The notes below the pieces were generated by a model. The model was not told where the DNA came from. It saw only the letters and a program-made list of their open reading frames with translations, and ran no database searches. 64,000 nt of DNA from Candidatus Multivoradales bacterium (GTDB taxonomy: Bacteria > Acidobacteriota > Thermoanaerobaculia > Multivoradales > JAHEKO01): positions 672,001 through 736,000 of the forward strand of contig CBDCVR010000015.1 of assembly GCA_965223155.1 (NCBI GenBank). The letters are read 5' to 3'. Shown piece by piece: positions 1-11,489 of the stretch (its first letter is position 1; each line of letters begins with the position of its first letter). Made by a program: the position numbers and the translations under genes.

Positions 1-92
1 CGCCCTCTTCGACCGACACCGAAACATCGCTCAGTACCCGGCTCGAACCGAAGTGCTTCGACAGCGAGTCCAACTCGAGATAGGCCACGCTC

Positions 93-1130
93 TCAGCTCT
101 TCGCCCGGACCGTGCGGTCCCACCGGGTCATCCAACCCTGGCCGCGGGAGGCGACGAGATCCCAGTCGAGTTCGGCGGGAACGATCTCGGCCAAGGCGCG
201 CTCCGCCCAGTCCGGTAGCGACCCGGCCGGAAGGTCCTGCCTGGCCGGCAACCGGAAGGCGCCTTCCGCCACTAGACGTAACGCCTCGTCACCGCCCAGC
301 CACTCGACCAAGCGCCGGGCCTCGGCTTGGTGCGGCGCTCCCGCGACGACGCCGATCGCGTCGTCGATCACCGGCGTGCCAGACGCCGGGAAAACGTAGT
401 CAATGGGCGCCTCCCGCTCCCGGAGCAGCAAAGCGTCGGTGAGCTCCCAGATCGTCACCAGCCCCTCTTGACGCAGGATCTTCTCGAACAGCAGCGCCGG
501 ATTGACGACGTAGTCCGAGGTCTGCGCGTCGAGGCGTCGCAGCCACTCGAAGCCGGCCTCGTCGGATCCGGTCTCGGCCACCGATCGCGCCAGGATCAGG
601 CCGAACGCCGTGCGCATGGTGCCACTGGCGAGCGGGTCCCGGATCACCACCTTGCCCCGCCAGCGCGGATCCAGAAGATCGTCCCAGTCGCGGGGCGCCT
701 CCTCGGGCGACACCGCTTCCGAGTTGAAAAAGAGAATCGGTACCGCCCGGTAGAGGCCGAAGTACCGGTCGTCCGGATACCGGCTCGACTCCGGCAAGCG
801 ATCCGCCCAGCTTGGCCGGAAAGACGCCAGGAGCTCTTCCTCCGCACCACGCGAGAAGATCGTGGCGGGACCGCCAAACCAGACGTCGGCCTGGGGATTG
901 GCCCGCTCGGAGCGAACCCGGTCGTAGACCTCCTGCGAGCCCATGTCGAGCCAGCGCACGTCGACGTCCGGATTGGCCTCTTCGAAGGCCGCCTCCACCA
1001 ACTCGAGCAGATCGCGGCCGTGGGGCGAATACACGACGACCGGCGTGCGGCCATCCCCGCAACCACCGAAACCGACGAAGGCGGCGAGAGCCACCATGAC
1101 CGGCACGAGCTTCGGCGCCAGCACCGACAT
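93..1130 (-). CDS. ABC transporter substrate-binding lipoprotein (Fe3+/AfuA-like)
   Basis: Lipobox-like FGGC; ADVWFGG, PRDWDDLLDPRWRG, DPLASGT motifs typical of SBP_bac iron/polyamine binding proteins; start chosen at MSVLAPK. Confidence 0.85.
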   Translation of the reverse strand: MSVLAPKLVPVMVALAAFVGFGGCGDGRTPVVVYSPHGRDLLELVEAAFEEANPDVDVRWLDMGSQEVYDRVRSERANPQADVWFGGPATIFSRGAEEELLASFRPSWADRLPESSRYPDDRYFGLYRAVPILFFNSEAVSPEEAPRDWDDLLDPRWRGKVVIRDPLASGTMRTAFGLILARSVAETGSDEAGFEWLRRLDAQTSDYVVNPALLFEKILRQEGLVTIWELTDALLLREREAPIDYVFPASGTPVIDDAIGVVAGAPHQAEARRLVEWLGGDEALRLVAEGAFRLPARQDLPAGSLPDWAERALAEIVPAELDWDLVASRGQGWMTRWDRTVRAKS

Positions 1131-1317
1131 CTGGACCAAGCGGCGACGCCGGCGGCGGCGGCCAACCGCTCTAGCAGCACTCCACGTGAAGGACATGGGC
1201 CGGCATTCTATCCGGCGCCCCAGCTACCTTAGGCCCCCTTCTCGATATGCTCTCGCCCCCGGTTCCAGCGGCACGAGGTCGCCCCGCCGGAGGCCGCTAG
1301 AGCTTTCGACGAACACC

Positions 1318-3768
1318 ATGAACCCCCCGTCCGACGATCGAGCCATCCTCGAGGCGTACCGGCGCTGGGGCTATCTGGCCGCCGACCTGGACTGGCTGGG
1401 CCGCCTCGAACCCCTGGAGCATCCCGACCTCGCCAACGAGGGGGCAGAAGCCGAGCGGGCACGCTCTCTCTACTGCGGCACGATGGCGGTGGAGTTCGGC
1501 CACATCCCGGACCCAGACCGCCGGGCCTGGATCGCTAGCGCCATCGAGGACCAGCCGCTCGAGCCCCGCCTCGACGCCACCAGGATCCTGGACGAGCTGA
1601 TCCGGGCGGCGACCTTCGAGGAGACCCTGCAACGGCGCTACATCGGCAACAAACGGTTCTCGGTCGAAGGGATCGAGGCCCTGATTCCGCTACTGAACGA
1701 GATGCTGGAAGAGGCCGCGGCCCACGACGCCGTTCAGGCGGTGCTGGCCATGAGCCACCGCGGCCGCCTCAACGTCATGGCCCACGTCGTGGGCGTTTCT
1801 CTCGACAAGCTCCTGGCCGGATTCGAGGACGTGGACCCCAAGTCGATCTTCGGCGCGGGCGACGTCAAGTACCACCTCGGCGCGACCGGAACCTACAAGG
1901 CAATGGACGGCCACTCCATTGGTATCCATTTGATTTCCAATCCGAGCCATCTCGAAGCCGTGGATCCGGTGGCCATGGGCCGCGTCCGCGCCAAGCAGGA
2001 GCGGCTTGGGGACACCCAGGGAAGTCGGATCGTTCCGATCGTGCTTCACGGCGACGCCGCCTTCGCCGGACAAGGCGTTGCGGCCGAGACCCTGAACCTT
2101 GCCGGAATCGAGGGGTTCAGCGTAGGCGGCACCGTTCACGTCGTCGTCAACAACCTGATCGGGTTCACCACCGATCCGGAGGCGCTTCATTCATCCCGCT
2201 TCGCTTCCGACGTCGCCAAACGCCTGCCGGTGCCGATCGTCCACGTCAACGGGGAGGACCCCGACGCCGTGGTTCGGGCTGGCCGCTTGGCAATGGCCTA
2301 CCGCTACAGATTCGCGAGCGACGTCGTGGTCAACCTCATCGGCTACCGGCGCCACGGGCACAGCGAGATCGACGATCCCACGATGACCCAGCCGGCGCTC
2401 TACCGGACGATCCAAGAGCGGCCGCCCTTGTGGCGTGACTACGCCGCCCGGCTCGACTTCGATCCGGCAACGCTGGAGGGCATGGTCTCTTCGGTTACCG
2501 AAGAGCTGGATCGGGCCAAGCAGCGGGCCGAGACGCTGGACGAGATCCCGCTTCTGCGGCGCCTCCCGGACTACTGGAGCGCTTTCGACGGCGGTCCCTA
2601 CCGTAACGAGCTGGAAGTCGAGACCGGGCTCGAGATTCAGGACGTCGAAGACTACGCCCTCCGGCTGACCGCGGTGCCCGAGAGCTTCGCGGTCCACACC
2701 AAGCTCGCGAAGCTCCTCGAGCTCCGGCGCAAAATGGGCCGCGGCGAGGAGCCCGTCGACTTCGGCATGGCCGAGGCCCTCGCCTTTGCTTCCCTGGTCG
2801 ATGCCGGCCACCCGGTGCGCGTTTCGGGACAGGATTCCCGCCGCGGAACCTTCAGCCACCGTCACGCCGTGCTGACCGATAGCGCGTCGGGGAAGTCCTT
2901 CGCGCCCCTCGCCCACATCGCCGAGCATCAGGCGCCGTTCGCCATCTACAACTCCACCCTGTCCGAGGCCGCCGTCCTGGGCTTCGAATGCGGTTTCAGC
3001 CGCGACTATCCGGAGGCCCTGGTGGCCTGGGAGGCCCAGTTCGGAGACTTCGCCAACGGCGCCCAGATCATTTTCGATCAGTTCGTGACCGCCGGCGAAG
3101 ACAAGTGGGGCCTCCTGTCGGGCCTGGTCGTGCTCCTCCCTCACGGCTACGAGGGACAAGGGCCCGAGCACTCGAGCGCGCGCATGGAACGCTTCCTCCA
3201 GCTCGCGGCCGAGGACGCGATTCAGATCGCCTATCCCTCGACCGCGTGTCAGTACTTCCACCTCCTGCGCCGGCAGGCGCTGCGGAGCTGGCGCAAGCCC
3301 TTGATCGTCTTGACCCCGAAGAGCTTGCTGCGGCACCCGGCGGCGGCCTCGCCGCGCGACAACCTGGCCCGGCCGGGATTCCGGCTCATCTGGCCGGACG
3401 ACGAGGCCTCGGACCCACGCCGGGTGCTGCTCTGCACCGGCAAGGTCGCTCACGAGCTTCGCGCCGAGCGCCAGCGGCGGTCCGCGGGCGATATCGCCAT
3501 CGTCACGATCGAGCAGCTCTACCCGTTCCCCAGCAAAGCCCTGGCCGCCGAGTTGGATCGCTTCGGCGCGGCGCGCCACCTGCTCTGGGTCCAGGAGGAG
3601 CCGGCCAACATGGGAGCCCTTTCCTTCGTGCTGCCCGAGATCGAACGTTTGTCCCGCGACCGCCACGTGCGCACTGTCAAGCGCGCCGCGTCGGCCAGTC
3701 CGGCGACCGGCTCGGCCAAGGCTCACCGGCTGGAGCAGACGCGCTTGATCGAGCTCGCTTTCGCCTGA
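1318..3768 (+). CDS. sucA: 2-oxoglutarate dehydrogenase E1 component
   Basis: KRFSVEG, MSHRGRLN, GDVKYHLG, HGDAAFAGQG (ThDP), WEAQFGDFANGAQ, LPHGYEGQGPEHSSAR. Confidence 0.95.
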   Translation: MNPPSDDRAILEAYRRWGYLAADLDWLGRLEPLEHPDLANEGAEAERARSLYCGTMAVEFGHIPDPDRRAWIASAIEDQPLEPRLDATRILDELIRAATFEETLQRRYIGNKRFSVEGIEALIPLLNEMLEEAAAHDAVQAVLAMSHRGRLNVMAHVVGVSLDKLLAGFEDVDPKSIFGAGDVKYHLGATGTYKAMDGHSIGIHLISNPSHLEAVDPVAMGRVRAKQERLGDTQGSRIVPIVLHGDAAFAGQGVAAETLNLAGIEGFSVGGTVHVVVNNLIGFTTDPEALHSSRFASDVAKRLPVPIVHVNGEDPDAVVRAGRLAMAYRYRFASDVVVNLIGYRRHGHSEIDDPTMTQPALYRTIQERPPLWRDYAARLDFDPATLEGMVSSVTEELDRAKQRAETLDEIPLLRRLPDYWSAFDGGPYRNELEVETGLEIQDVEDYALRLTAVPESFAVHTKLAKLLELRRKMGRGEEPVDFGMAEALAFASLVDAGHPVRVSGQDSRRGTFSHRHAVLTDSASGKSFAPLAHIAEHQAPFAIYNSTLSEAAVLGFECGFSRDYPEALVAWEAQFGDFANGAQIIFDQFVTAGEDKWGLLSGLVVLLPHGYEGQGPEHSSARMERFLQLAAEDAIQIAYPSTACQYFHLLRRQALRSWRKPLIVLTPKSLLRHPAAASPRDNLARPGFRLIWPDDEASDPRRVLLCTGKVAHELRAERQRRSAGDIAIVTIEQLYPFPSKALAAELDRFGAARHLLWVQEEPANMGALSFVLPEIERLSRDRHVRTVKRAASASPATGSAKAHRLEQTRLIELAFA

Positions 3769-4109
3769 CCGGCATTCTCCCGAGCGTTGGTCTCGAGAGG
3801 CACGGACGGCTGAATCGAGCCGGGCCCATCGCACCAACTTCAGTCGGTTGAGGCCTCGGAGTAGGAGGGCAGATAGGCGAGCCGGTTGGCCGCCCGCGGC
3901 GGGGGCTAGAATGGCGGCCAGGCACTCGTATGGCCGCGCCACACTCGAACCGTCCCCGCCGAGCCCGAGGCACCCTGCGCTCGCAGCGTCAGGGGGACGG
4001 TAGCCTGGAAGCCGATCTTCCCGGCGCGCTCTTGGAGCTCTTCGGCAAACTCGGCAGCTCCGGCTCCGAGCCGTCCCTCGAGTCCGGTCCCAGCGACCAA
4101 GGAGGAATC

Positions 4110-5024
4110 ATGATGCCATTCCGGATCGTCCGCCCGTACCAGAAGGGTCTCGTCGAACGCCTGGGCAAGTACCAGCGCACCGTCGACAGCGGACTCAACA
4201 TCGTCCTGCCGTTCATCGAGCGTCTCATCAAGGTGGACATGCGCGAGCAGGTGGTCGACGTTCCGCCCCAGAGCGTCATCACCAAGGACAACGTGGTGGT
4301 CGAAGTGGACGCCGTCGTCTACTACCAGGTGACGAACCCGGTCAAAGTGACCTATAGCGTTGCCAACTTCTACGCCGCCGCCACCAAGCTGGCGCAGACG
4401 AGCTTACGTAATCTGGTCGGGGACTTGGCGCTCGACGAGTCGCTCACCTCGCGCGAGGTCATCAACTCGAAGTTGCGCCAGATTCTGGACGAGGCCACCG
4501 ACAAGTGGGGCGTCAAGGTCGCGCGCGTCGAGCTTCAGCGCATCGAACCGCCACAGGACGTAACCGAGGCCATGCACCGGCAGATGAAGGCCGAACGCAA
4601 CAAGCGCGCCGCGATCCTCGAAGCCGAGGGCCAGAAGCAATCTCGGATCCTGGAAGCCGAGGGTCAGAAGGAATCGGAGATTTTGCGCGCGGAAGGCGCG
4701 GCCGAAGCCGTCAAGCGCCAGGCCGAAGCCGAGCGGTACCGGCAGAAGGCGGTCGCCGAGGGCGAGGCCGAAGCGATCGAGCGCACCTACAACGCCATCC
4801 ACACCGCCCAGCCCTCACCCGAGCTCATCGCCATCAAGTACCTGGAGGCGCTCCAGCGCATTGCCGACGGCAAGGGCTCGAAGGTGTTCCTTCCCTACGA
4901 GGCCTCCGGCGTGCTTTCCAGCCTCGCGGCCGTCAAGGAGATCTGGGAGGGCAAGCCGGGCAAGAGGCCGCGCGCGGCCGGCGGCCCCGCGAGTCCAAGG
5001 GAACCGGTCGAGCCGCAGACCTAG
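4110..5024 (+). CDS. SPFH/band 7 (stomatin/QmcA-like) protein
   Basis: [31 protein letters not shown]; GGAGG RBS before ATG 4110. Confidence 0.9.
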   Translation: MMPFRIVRPYQKGLVERLGKYQRTVDSGLNIVLPFIERLIKVDMREQVVDVPPQSVITKDNVVVEVDAVVYYQVTNPVKVTYSVANFYAAATKLAQTSLRNLVGDLALDESLTSREVINSKLRQILDEATDKWGVKVARVELQRIEPPQDVTEAMHRQMKAERNKRAAILEAEGQKQSRILEAEGQKESEILRAEGAAEAVKRQAEAERYRQKAVAEGEAEAIERTYNAIHTAQPSPELIAIKYLEALQRIADGKGSKVFLPYEASGVLSSLAAVKEIWEGKPGKRPRAAGGPASPREPVEPQT

Positions 5025-5039
5025 CGGCGCTTCTCGCCG

Positions 5040-6341
5040 CTACCTGCTCGGCCCGGGGCCGGGGTCCCCGTCCACCGGCCTCCGGCCTGGAATCGGCTCC
5101 GGCCGCCGGCCGGGCTGGAAGTAGCCGGGCCGGTGCACGATGCGAGCTTTCTTGGGCGGGTTCCTGAGCTCGACCTCGAGACGGCGGTAGCGGCCCTCGG
5201 CCGGCGCATCATCTAGCTGGAAGGCCAGGACGTAGGTCAGGCTGGTCTGATCCAGCATCCGACCCAGAAGACGCTCGAGGTCCCGGGAGTTCGCATAGAC
5301 CGCGCCGCCCGTGCCGCGAGCCAGATGGTGCAACGAGTCGCGGCCGGTGCCCAGGCCGGCGGTGTTGACGGCCTGAACGGTCCAGTTCGAAGCCCGGAAC
5401 TCGCGCATCAGCTCTTGCAGAAAGCGCAGCGAGCGCGCCGCCTCCTCGCCCAGGATCGGTCCCGCCGACAGCAACACCAGGTGCTTCTCGCCGGCCACCC
5501 GCGTCCGCTCCATCAACTCCCGCAGACCGCGCGTCAGGTACATGACGAGGCTCGAGTGCGGCAGATCCAGATCCCCCCGAAGCCCGGCGTGTCGGGCTTC
5601 GGCGAGAACGTCGTCGAAAGAAGCGCGCAGAGGACCGCGCGCGGTCTTCGCCCGCCACCCCGGACGTGACGGCGCCAGCCGCGGCCAGTCCGCGAACTCG
5701 CGTTCGATCCGCCGCGGATTGGCGCGAATCACGAGCTCCATCAGTTCGACCGCTTCCGCCACTACCGCGGTCTCGGAGCTGAAATCGAGCAGCAGCTTCA
5801 ACCCCCGCAAGGCGCTGTGGTACGCGATCCCGACCCGGTCCGCGGGCGTCAACCGAGGCAGAACCGTACGCAAGGCTCGAAGGCTGGCCTCGAGCCGGCG
5901 CCGGGCGTGGATCAGATCCGTGCCGCCGTACGCCAGATCGAACAAGAAAAGATAGTTGCGTCCGACTGGGCCGGGAGGAGCGCGGGCTCCCGGAGAGCCC
6001 GGCGCGCTCGGAACCACCCCGGACGCCGCGTCCGGATCCGGCCGCCACAGAAAGTCGTAGACCGTCAGATCCAGAACCTCGCGTTCCACGCCCTCGTCGC
6101 GGACGATGAAGTCCTCGGCGGCAAGCCCTCGCAACGGCTTGCCATCCACCAGGACCCGCACGGGAACCTCGACCACCACCACCGACGTCGAGTCCCTGAA
6201 GCGATCGTCATCCAGCGCCGCCCCGGCCGCCGGCACCGGGCCTCCCGCGAGCACCACAAGACTTGCGGCTCCAACGAGCCGGCCGGTGCGACGAACCCTA
6301 GTCCAGATACCCGAGTGCCCGCAGGGCCTCGTTGATCTCAT
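5040..6341 (-). CDS. VWA-domain protein (VWFA-related acidobacterial type); start uncertain
   Basis: VVVEVPVRV..GKPLRGL..EDF N-terminus; LARGTGG..YVLAF..GRYRRLEVEL..HRPGY C-terminus. Confidence 0.75.
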   Translation of the reverse strand: MRSTRPCGHSGIWTRVRRTGRLVGAASLVVLAGGPVPAAGAALDDDRFRDSTSVVVVEVPVRVLVDGKPLRGLAAEDFIVRDEGVEREVLDLTVYDFLWRPDPDAASGVVPSAPGSPGARAPPGPVGRNYLFLFDLAYGGTDLIHARRRLEASLRALRTVLPRLTPADRVGIAYHSALRGLKLLLDFSSETAVVAEAVELMELVIRANPRRIEREFADWPRLAPSRPGWRAKTARGPLRASFDDVLAEARHAGLRGDLDLPHSSLVMYLTRGLRELMERTRVAGEKHLVLLSAGPILGEEAARSLRFLQELMREFRASNWTVQAVNTAGLGTGRDSLHHLARGTGGAVYANSRDLERLLGRMLDQTSLTYVLAFQLDDAPAEGRYRRLEVELRNPPKKARIVHRPGYFQPGRRPEPIPGRRPVDGDPGPGPSR

Positions 6342-8058
6342 CGGTCAGCGCAATCTCGTCGCTTGCCGCCGCGCTCGTGCGCGCGCGCCGTTCCCGCAAG
6401 AGTCCCGCGAGGAGCTCTCGCCTGAGCGGCAGCTCCTCGGCCAGATCTTTCGTTTCCCCGGGATCGGCTACGACGTCGAACAGACGCTCCCGGACCTCGT
6501 CCCCGTGGACCTGGATCAGCTTCCAGCGTCCGTCCACGACGCTGAACTGGAGCGGCGCCCTGCTCAATCGCAGGTGCGAAAAGACCGGCGCCGGCGTGGG
6601 TTTCCGAAGCGTGTGCCCATCGACGCCGGCAGGAATCGACTCGCCGAGAACGTCCAGAACCGTCGGCAGGATATCAACGTGCGAGGCAGGCTCGGTCTCC
6701 CTCGCTCCCTGTCGTTGGCCCGGGTACTTGACGACCAGCGGTACGTTCAGCGACTCGGCAAAGAGCTTGCGACCGTGTCGCCAACCGTAGTGCTCTCGGA
6801 ACTCCTCTCCGTGATCGGCCGTCACGATGATGAGGGCTTCCTCGAAAAGACCCTCAACCCGAAGACGACCCACAAGAGCGCCAAATGAGGCGTCATTCTG
6901 CGCGATCTCGCCGTCATAGAGGTCGCTCAGGAACGGAAGCGCCGCCGCCGGCCACTTCCAGCGCGGTTTCCAGGAGGGCATCTCATCCGCGGTGGGGGCG
7001 AAGCGGCTGCGAAACGGTTCCGTGGGATTGTACCCAGCGTGCGGATCGACGGTGTGAATGTACAGAAAGGCCGGCTGAGAACCATCGTAGTCATCCAGCC
7101 AATCGAAGACCGCCTCGTTCACTTCCATCGAACGGGCCTCGCGGTCGTACCAGATTTCATCGAAGCCCTGTGCCAGTCCAAAGGTGGAGCTGGCATTGAC
7201 GTTGGTGACAAACGCCGCCGTCGTGTAGCCGGTGTCGCGAAGCCGCTCGGCGAGCGTTTCGAACTCATCCGGCAAGCGATGCTTCCAGCCGGTCGCGCCA
7301 TGGCTCGGAGGCCACACGCCGCTGAAAATCGACGCCACCGAAGGCTTGGTCCAGGAAGCCTGCCCGATCCCACGCTCGTACACGGTCGCGGAATCGGCAA
7401 ACCGATCAATATTCGGCGAGACCGGCCGCTCGTACCCATAGGTACCCAGCCGATCCCGGCGCAACGTGTCGATCAGATAGATCACAACCAGCGGCTGGGT
7501 CGACTGCTTGTCGCTCTCGATTCGCGCTTCCTCCTGGGCCGGCACGGGAGCCGCGAACGACCAGAGGCCAGGACCGGACAGCAGGACCCCGTCGCCCGAT
7601 CCCTCGAAGCCGCCCGCGACCTCGAGCGAGATCCGCGTAAGCGCCGGCTCGGCACCGCTGACCTCGAGCTCCCAGTCTCGCTCGGGACGGCGCACCTCCT
7701 CGACCAAGAGCGCGCCGGCCTCGGTCTCGACCCGCACCAGCAGCCAGGTGTCCTCACCGCGCGGCGCTACGCCCCCAAACCGAAGCCGGCTCTCGCTCGG
7801 AGTCTCGACAACATAGGCCACCCGGGCCCCGGTGGGAAGATACAGGCGTTCGCTAGCAACATCCGCGAGAACCTGGCCGGCCCATTCCGGAAGGCCTTCG
7901 CCGTGGGGACGATCGGACTCGGTACTCACGGGCGCCGCCAGCGTCTCGACCTCGGCCCGACCGAAGCCGGATACCAGGTCGAAGTACTGACGTGGCTCCC
8001 CGCGTGAGCACGACGCCACCAAGATCAAGCCAAGAAGGCCGCCTAAGAATCGGAACAC
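6298..8058 (-). CDS. Sulfatase-like hydrolase (lipoprotein)
   Basis: IDTLRRD, SWTKPS, HTVDPH, YDGEI, TADHGEEF, VPLVVK; LVASC lipobox. Confidence 0.9.
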   Translation of the reverse strand: MFRFLGGLLGLILVASCSRGEPRQYFDLVSGFGRAEVETLAAPVSTESDRPHGEGLPEWAGQVLADVASERLYLPTGARVAYVVETPSESRLRFGGVAPRGEDTWLLVRVETEAGALLVEEVRRPERDWELEVSGAEPALTRISLEVAGGFEGSGDGVLLSGPGLWSFAAPVPAQEEARIESDKQSTQPLVVIYLIDTLRRDRLGTYGYERPVSPNIDRFADSATVYERGIGQASWTKPSVASIFSGVWPPSHGATGWKHRLPDEFETLAERLRDTGYTTAAFVTNVNASSTFGLAQGFDEIWYDREARSMEVNEAVFDWLDDYDGSQPAFLYIHTVDPHAGYNPTEPFRSRFAPTADEMPSWKPRWKWPAAALPFLSDLYDGEIAQNDASFGALVGRLRVEGLFEEALIIVTADHGEEFREHYGWRHGRKLFAESLNVPLVVKYPGQRQGARETEPASHVDILPTVLDVLGESIPAGVDGHTLRKPTPAPVFSHLRLSRAPLQFSVVDGRWKLIQVHGDEVRERLFDVVADPGETKDLAEELPLRRELLAGLLRERRARTSAAASDEIALTDEINEALRALGYLD

Positions 8059-8174
8059 ACAGCTCCTTGTTCGCCGAGAAACCTGTTGGATCCCTTCGCG
8101 ATCCGCAGACCTTAACAGGTGGGCTCCACCCTCCGACGCAGCGCTACAATTCCGCGATACCGAACGAGCCCAGC

Positions 8175-9314
8175 TTGTCCCAGCGCCCGACCATCGCTCT
8201 CTTCACCGGCTTCCTCCTGACCGGTGTCGTGGCCGTTCTTCTGGGCCCGATCCTGCCGCAGCTCGCGGCCGACTGGGACGTGCCCGAGAGCCGGCTCGCC
8301 AGCCTGTTCCTGGTGCAATTTCTGGCGAGCTCGGTGGGAGCCGTCTTGTCGAGCCGGAACCTGCGGCGCAGCCTCGTCGCCGGCTACGCGCTCATGGCCG
8401 CGGGGCTTGCCGGGCTCCTCGGCGGATGGCCGGTCGCGCGGCTCGCCGTGGCCTCGCTCGGCGCCGGCCTGGGCCTGGTCATTCCAGCCAGCAACCTCTA
8501 CCTCGCGCATGCCGTCGCCGGCAGCCGCGGCGCCGCGCTGTCGCGGCTCAACCTCATCTGGGGCCTCGGGGCGGTGGCTTGCCCGCTCCTCGTAGCCGTC
8601 GCGATCGGCCGCTCCAGCCTGACCGTTCTCTACGGAGCCCTGGCCGGCGCCTCCGCCCTGGCGGCTCTCGCCCTGGCGGTGACGGTCCGCCCGGACGACG
8701 GGGGCGACGAGACGACCGAAGCCGAGCCGTCCCCCGATTCGCTTCAGGCCCCGGCTCGCGCCACGCTCCCGACCCTCGTGGCCTTTGCCGTCATGTTCTT
8801 TCTCTACGTCGGCGCCGAGACCGCGGTCGCCGGCTGGCTCGTGACCCTGGCCGACAAGCTTGACGCCTCGCGGCCGGTACTGGCCCTGGTCATCGGCTCG
8901 GGCTTCTGGGGAGCCGTTCTGGTCGGACGCTTCGTGGCCCCCCGGATCCTCGCCAGGATCCCCGAGGGCCGTCTCTTCCAGACGGGCCTGGTCATCGCAA
9001 TCCTGGGCACTGTCTTGCTCACCCGCGCCGCCACCCAGGGCCAGGCGGCGGCCGGAGCGGTCCTTACCGGTCTGGGCGTCGCGCCTCTCTACCCGCTCCT
9101 CGTCTCCTTTCTGGCCGAAGCCACCCGCGCCGACCGGTCCCGGCGAACGGGTTGGGTGCTGGCTGCCGGAGGAGCGGGCGGCGCGGTGCTGCCCTGGGTG
9201 ATGGGCAGGCTGGCGGGCTCGGGTGAGCTAACCCGAGCCTTCTGGATCCCGGCGGCGGCGCTTCTGGTTCTCGGTGCCGTCCGCGCGTTGCGCAACGAGC
9301 CGCGATCTGGCTAG
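8175..9314 (+). CDS. MFS transporter (fucose permease-like)
   Basis: About 12 hydrophobic segments; FLYVGAE motif; TTG start inferred. Confidence 0.8.
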   Translation: MSQRPTIALFTGFLLTGVVAVLLGPILPQLAADWDVPESRLASLFLVQFLASSVGAVLSSRNLRRSLVAGYALMAAGLAGLLGGWPVARLAVASLGAGLGLVIPASNLYLAHAVAGSRGAALSRLNLIWGLGAVACPLLVAVAIGRSSLTVLYGALAGASALAALALAVTVRPDDGGDETTEAEPSPDSLQAPARATLPTLVAFAVMFFLYVGAETAVAGWLVTLADKLDASRPVLALVIGSGFWGAVLVGRFVAPRILARIPEGRLFQTGLVIAILGTVLLTRAATQGQAAAGAVLTGLGVAPLYPLLVSFLAEATRADRSRRTGWVLAAGGAGGAVLPWVMGRLAGSGELTRAFWIPAAALLVLGAVRALRNEPRSG

Positions 9315-9374
9315 CGGCCCGTTTCAGGCGGCGGTCCTCCGCGAAGTTCCGCCGATCGCCGCAAGCGGGAAGAT

Positions 9375-9448
9375 TGGCTGGGACGCAGGGATTCGAACCC
9401 CGATTCCACGGTCCAGAGCCGTGTGTCCTACCATTGAACGACGTCCCA
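9375..9448 (-). tRNA. tRNA-Gln(CTG)
   Basis: Reverse complement folds as cloverleaf: anticodon arm CACGG-CTCTGGA-CCGTG, GTTCGAATC T loop, CCA end. Confidence 0.95.
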
Positions 9449-9795
9449 GCAGCGACGAAAACCCTAACAAGAACCGGTCCAAACGGTCAATTGAGGGCTC
9501 GTCGCAAGCCCTCCCACCCACGTTCCGACGGCCGTCGGCCTGTCTCGCGGTCGGACAGGGTTCCTGCCGTCTGCGGCGGCCCGCTCGGAAGACAGGCTCT
9601 CCGGGGATCGGTCCGTCCAAGAACGGCAAGATCCCTCACGACCTCCCACGGAAGCCACGAGGACCGCCACAAGACACTGGCCCTCGATCCGGCAGGGGGC
9701 GACGCTCCGACACGGAATCCCAGTTCCCAGCGTCAAGCCGCTGGACGGCTGGCCCTTGCCGGCCGCCTTCACTAGAATTGAGGCCTTCGACCCGC

Positions 9796-9891
<96 letters not shown>

Positions 9892-9911
9892 TTCCTTCCC
9901 GTTCCCCAGCC

Positions 9912-11489
9912 ATGGTCCGTACCCGCTTCGCTCCCAGCCCGACAGGCTACCTGCACATCGGTGGCGTGCGGACGGCGCTCTTCAACTGGCTCTACTCACG
10001 GCGGCACGGCGGAGCGTTCCTTCTCAGGATCGACGACACCGACCGCCAGCGCAACCTGGAAGCGTCACTTCAGCCGATCCTGGACGGCTTCCGCTGGCTG
10101 GGCATCGACTGGGACGAGGGCCCCGAGGTGGGCGGCGACCTCGGGCCGTACTTCCAGTCCCAACGCGACGACCTCTATCAAGCCGCCGTCGAGCGGTTAC
10201 TCGAGACCGGTGCCGCTTACCGCGACTACGCCACTTCGGACGAGCTCGCCGTCGAGCGCAAGCAGGCCGAGGCCGAGAAGCGCCGATTCCTCTACAGCCG
10301 GCGTTTCCGCGCCGAGACCGACGAGGACCGTGCCCGCTACGAGGCCGAGGGCCGGGCCGCCGTCGTCCGCCTGGCCATGCCGAGGGCCGGCCAGTGCGAG
10401 TTCGAGGACTTGATCCGGGGCCCGATGAGCTTCGACTGGGCGCGCGAGCAGGATCACGTCATCCAGCGCGCGGACGGCTCGGTCCTCTATCACCTGGCCT
10501 CGGTTGTGGATGACCACGCCATGGCCATCAGTCACGTAATCCGCGCCGAGGAGCACCTGTCGAACACGCCGCGCCAGATCTTGATCGCCCGGGCCCTGGG
10601 CTACGAGCTTCCCGCCTACGCCCATCTGCCGTTCGTCGCCGAGCCGGGCTCGAAGAACAAGCTGTCGAAACGCAAGCTCGCCAAGTACTTGAAGCACCAC
10701 GACTTCGCCCGGCTCACCGAGCACGGTCAGACCATCGCCGAAGCCATCGGTCTTCACCCCGAAGCCGAGACCTTCAATCCCGTGATCGTCGATTTCTATA
10801 AGACTGTGGGCTTCGTCCCCGAGGCGCTCCTCAACTACCTTCTGCTCCTCGGCTGGTCGCTCGATGACAAGACCGAGCACTTCACCCGCGAAGAGATGAT
10901 CGCAAGCTTCTCGCTCGAGCGCGTCCAGAAGTCGCCGGCGGCCTTCGACCCGGAAAAGCTCATGAGCTTCGAGGAGCGCCACATGATGGCTCTCTCGGTC
11001 GAGAAACGAGCCGAGCGCTGCCGGCCTTTCCTGGAGGCGGCCGGCTTGCTCGCGCCCGAGACCGGCGGCGAGACGCTTCGAGCCATCGTCCAAGCCGCCG
11101 GCGACCGGATCAAGGTCGCCGGCGACGTCCTGCAATTCGACGACTTCTTCCGGCCGGACGAAGCCCTTTCCTACGACGAGAAGGCCTGGACGAAACGGCT
11201 GGTCCGGCCCGAGGCCGCGGGCGAGCTTCTGGCCGCCTACCGGGAGCGACTCACCGGACGGCCGGACTTTTCGGCCGGGGCGCTCGAGGCCGATATGCGG
11301 GCCTTTGTCGATGAGCGTGGCGTGAAGATCGGTGACATTATCCATGCCGTGCGCATAGCAACGACCGGAAAGGCCGTGGGCTTCGGAATGTTCGAGACTC
11401 TCGAGATCCTGGGCCGCGAGCGGGTCCTCGCCCGGATCGACCGAGCCCTCGCCAAGCTCGAGCTCGAAGCCTCCGAGGCCGCGTCATGA
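9912..11489 (+). CDS. gltX: Glutamate--tRNA ligase
   Basis: [26 protein letters not shown], anticodon-binding C-terminus. Confidence 0.95.
   Translation: MVRTRFAPSPTGYLHIGGVRTALFNWLYSRRHGGAFLLRIDDTDRQRNLEASLQPILDGFRWLGIDWDEGPEVGGDLGPYFQSQRDDLYQAAVERLLETGAAYRDYATSDELAVERKQAEAEKRRFLYSRRFRAETDEDRARYEAEGRAAVVRLAMPRAGQCEFEDLIRGPMSFDWAREQDHVIQRADGSVLYHLASVVDDHAMAISHVIRAEEHLSNTPRQILIARALGYELPAYAHLPFVAEPGSKNKLSKRKLAKYLKHHDFARLTEHGQTIAEAIGLHPEAETFNPVIVDFYKTVGFVPEALLNYLLLLGWSLDDKTEHFTREEMIASFSLERVQKSPAAFDPEKLMSFEERHMMALSVEKRAERCRPFLEAAGLLAPETGGETLRAIVQAAGDRIKVAGDVLQFDDFFRPDEALSYDEKAWTKRLVRPEAAGELLAAYRERLTGRPDFSAGALEADMRAFVDERGVKIGDIIHAVRIATTGKAVGFGMFETLEILGRERVLARIDRALAKLELEASEAAS

Noticed and set aside
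1318-3768. SucA shorter than usual and without adjacent sucB
   Set aside because: Catalytic motifs are intact; nothing beyond gene-order variation is supportable
2191-3942. Long antisense and alternative-frame ORFs (also 10197-11345, 20916-22409, 37234-38400)
   Set aside because: Shadow ORFs of high-GC genes with no recognisable motifs
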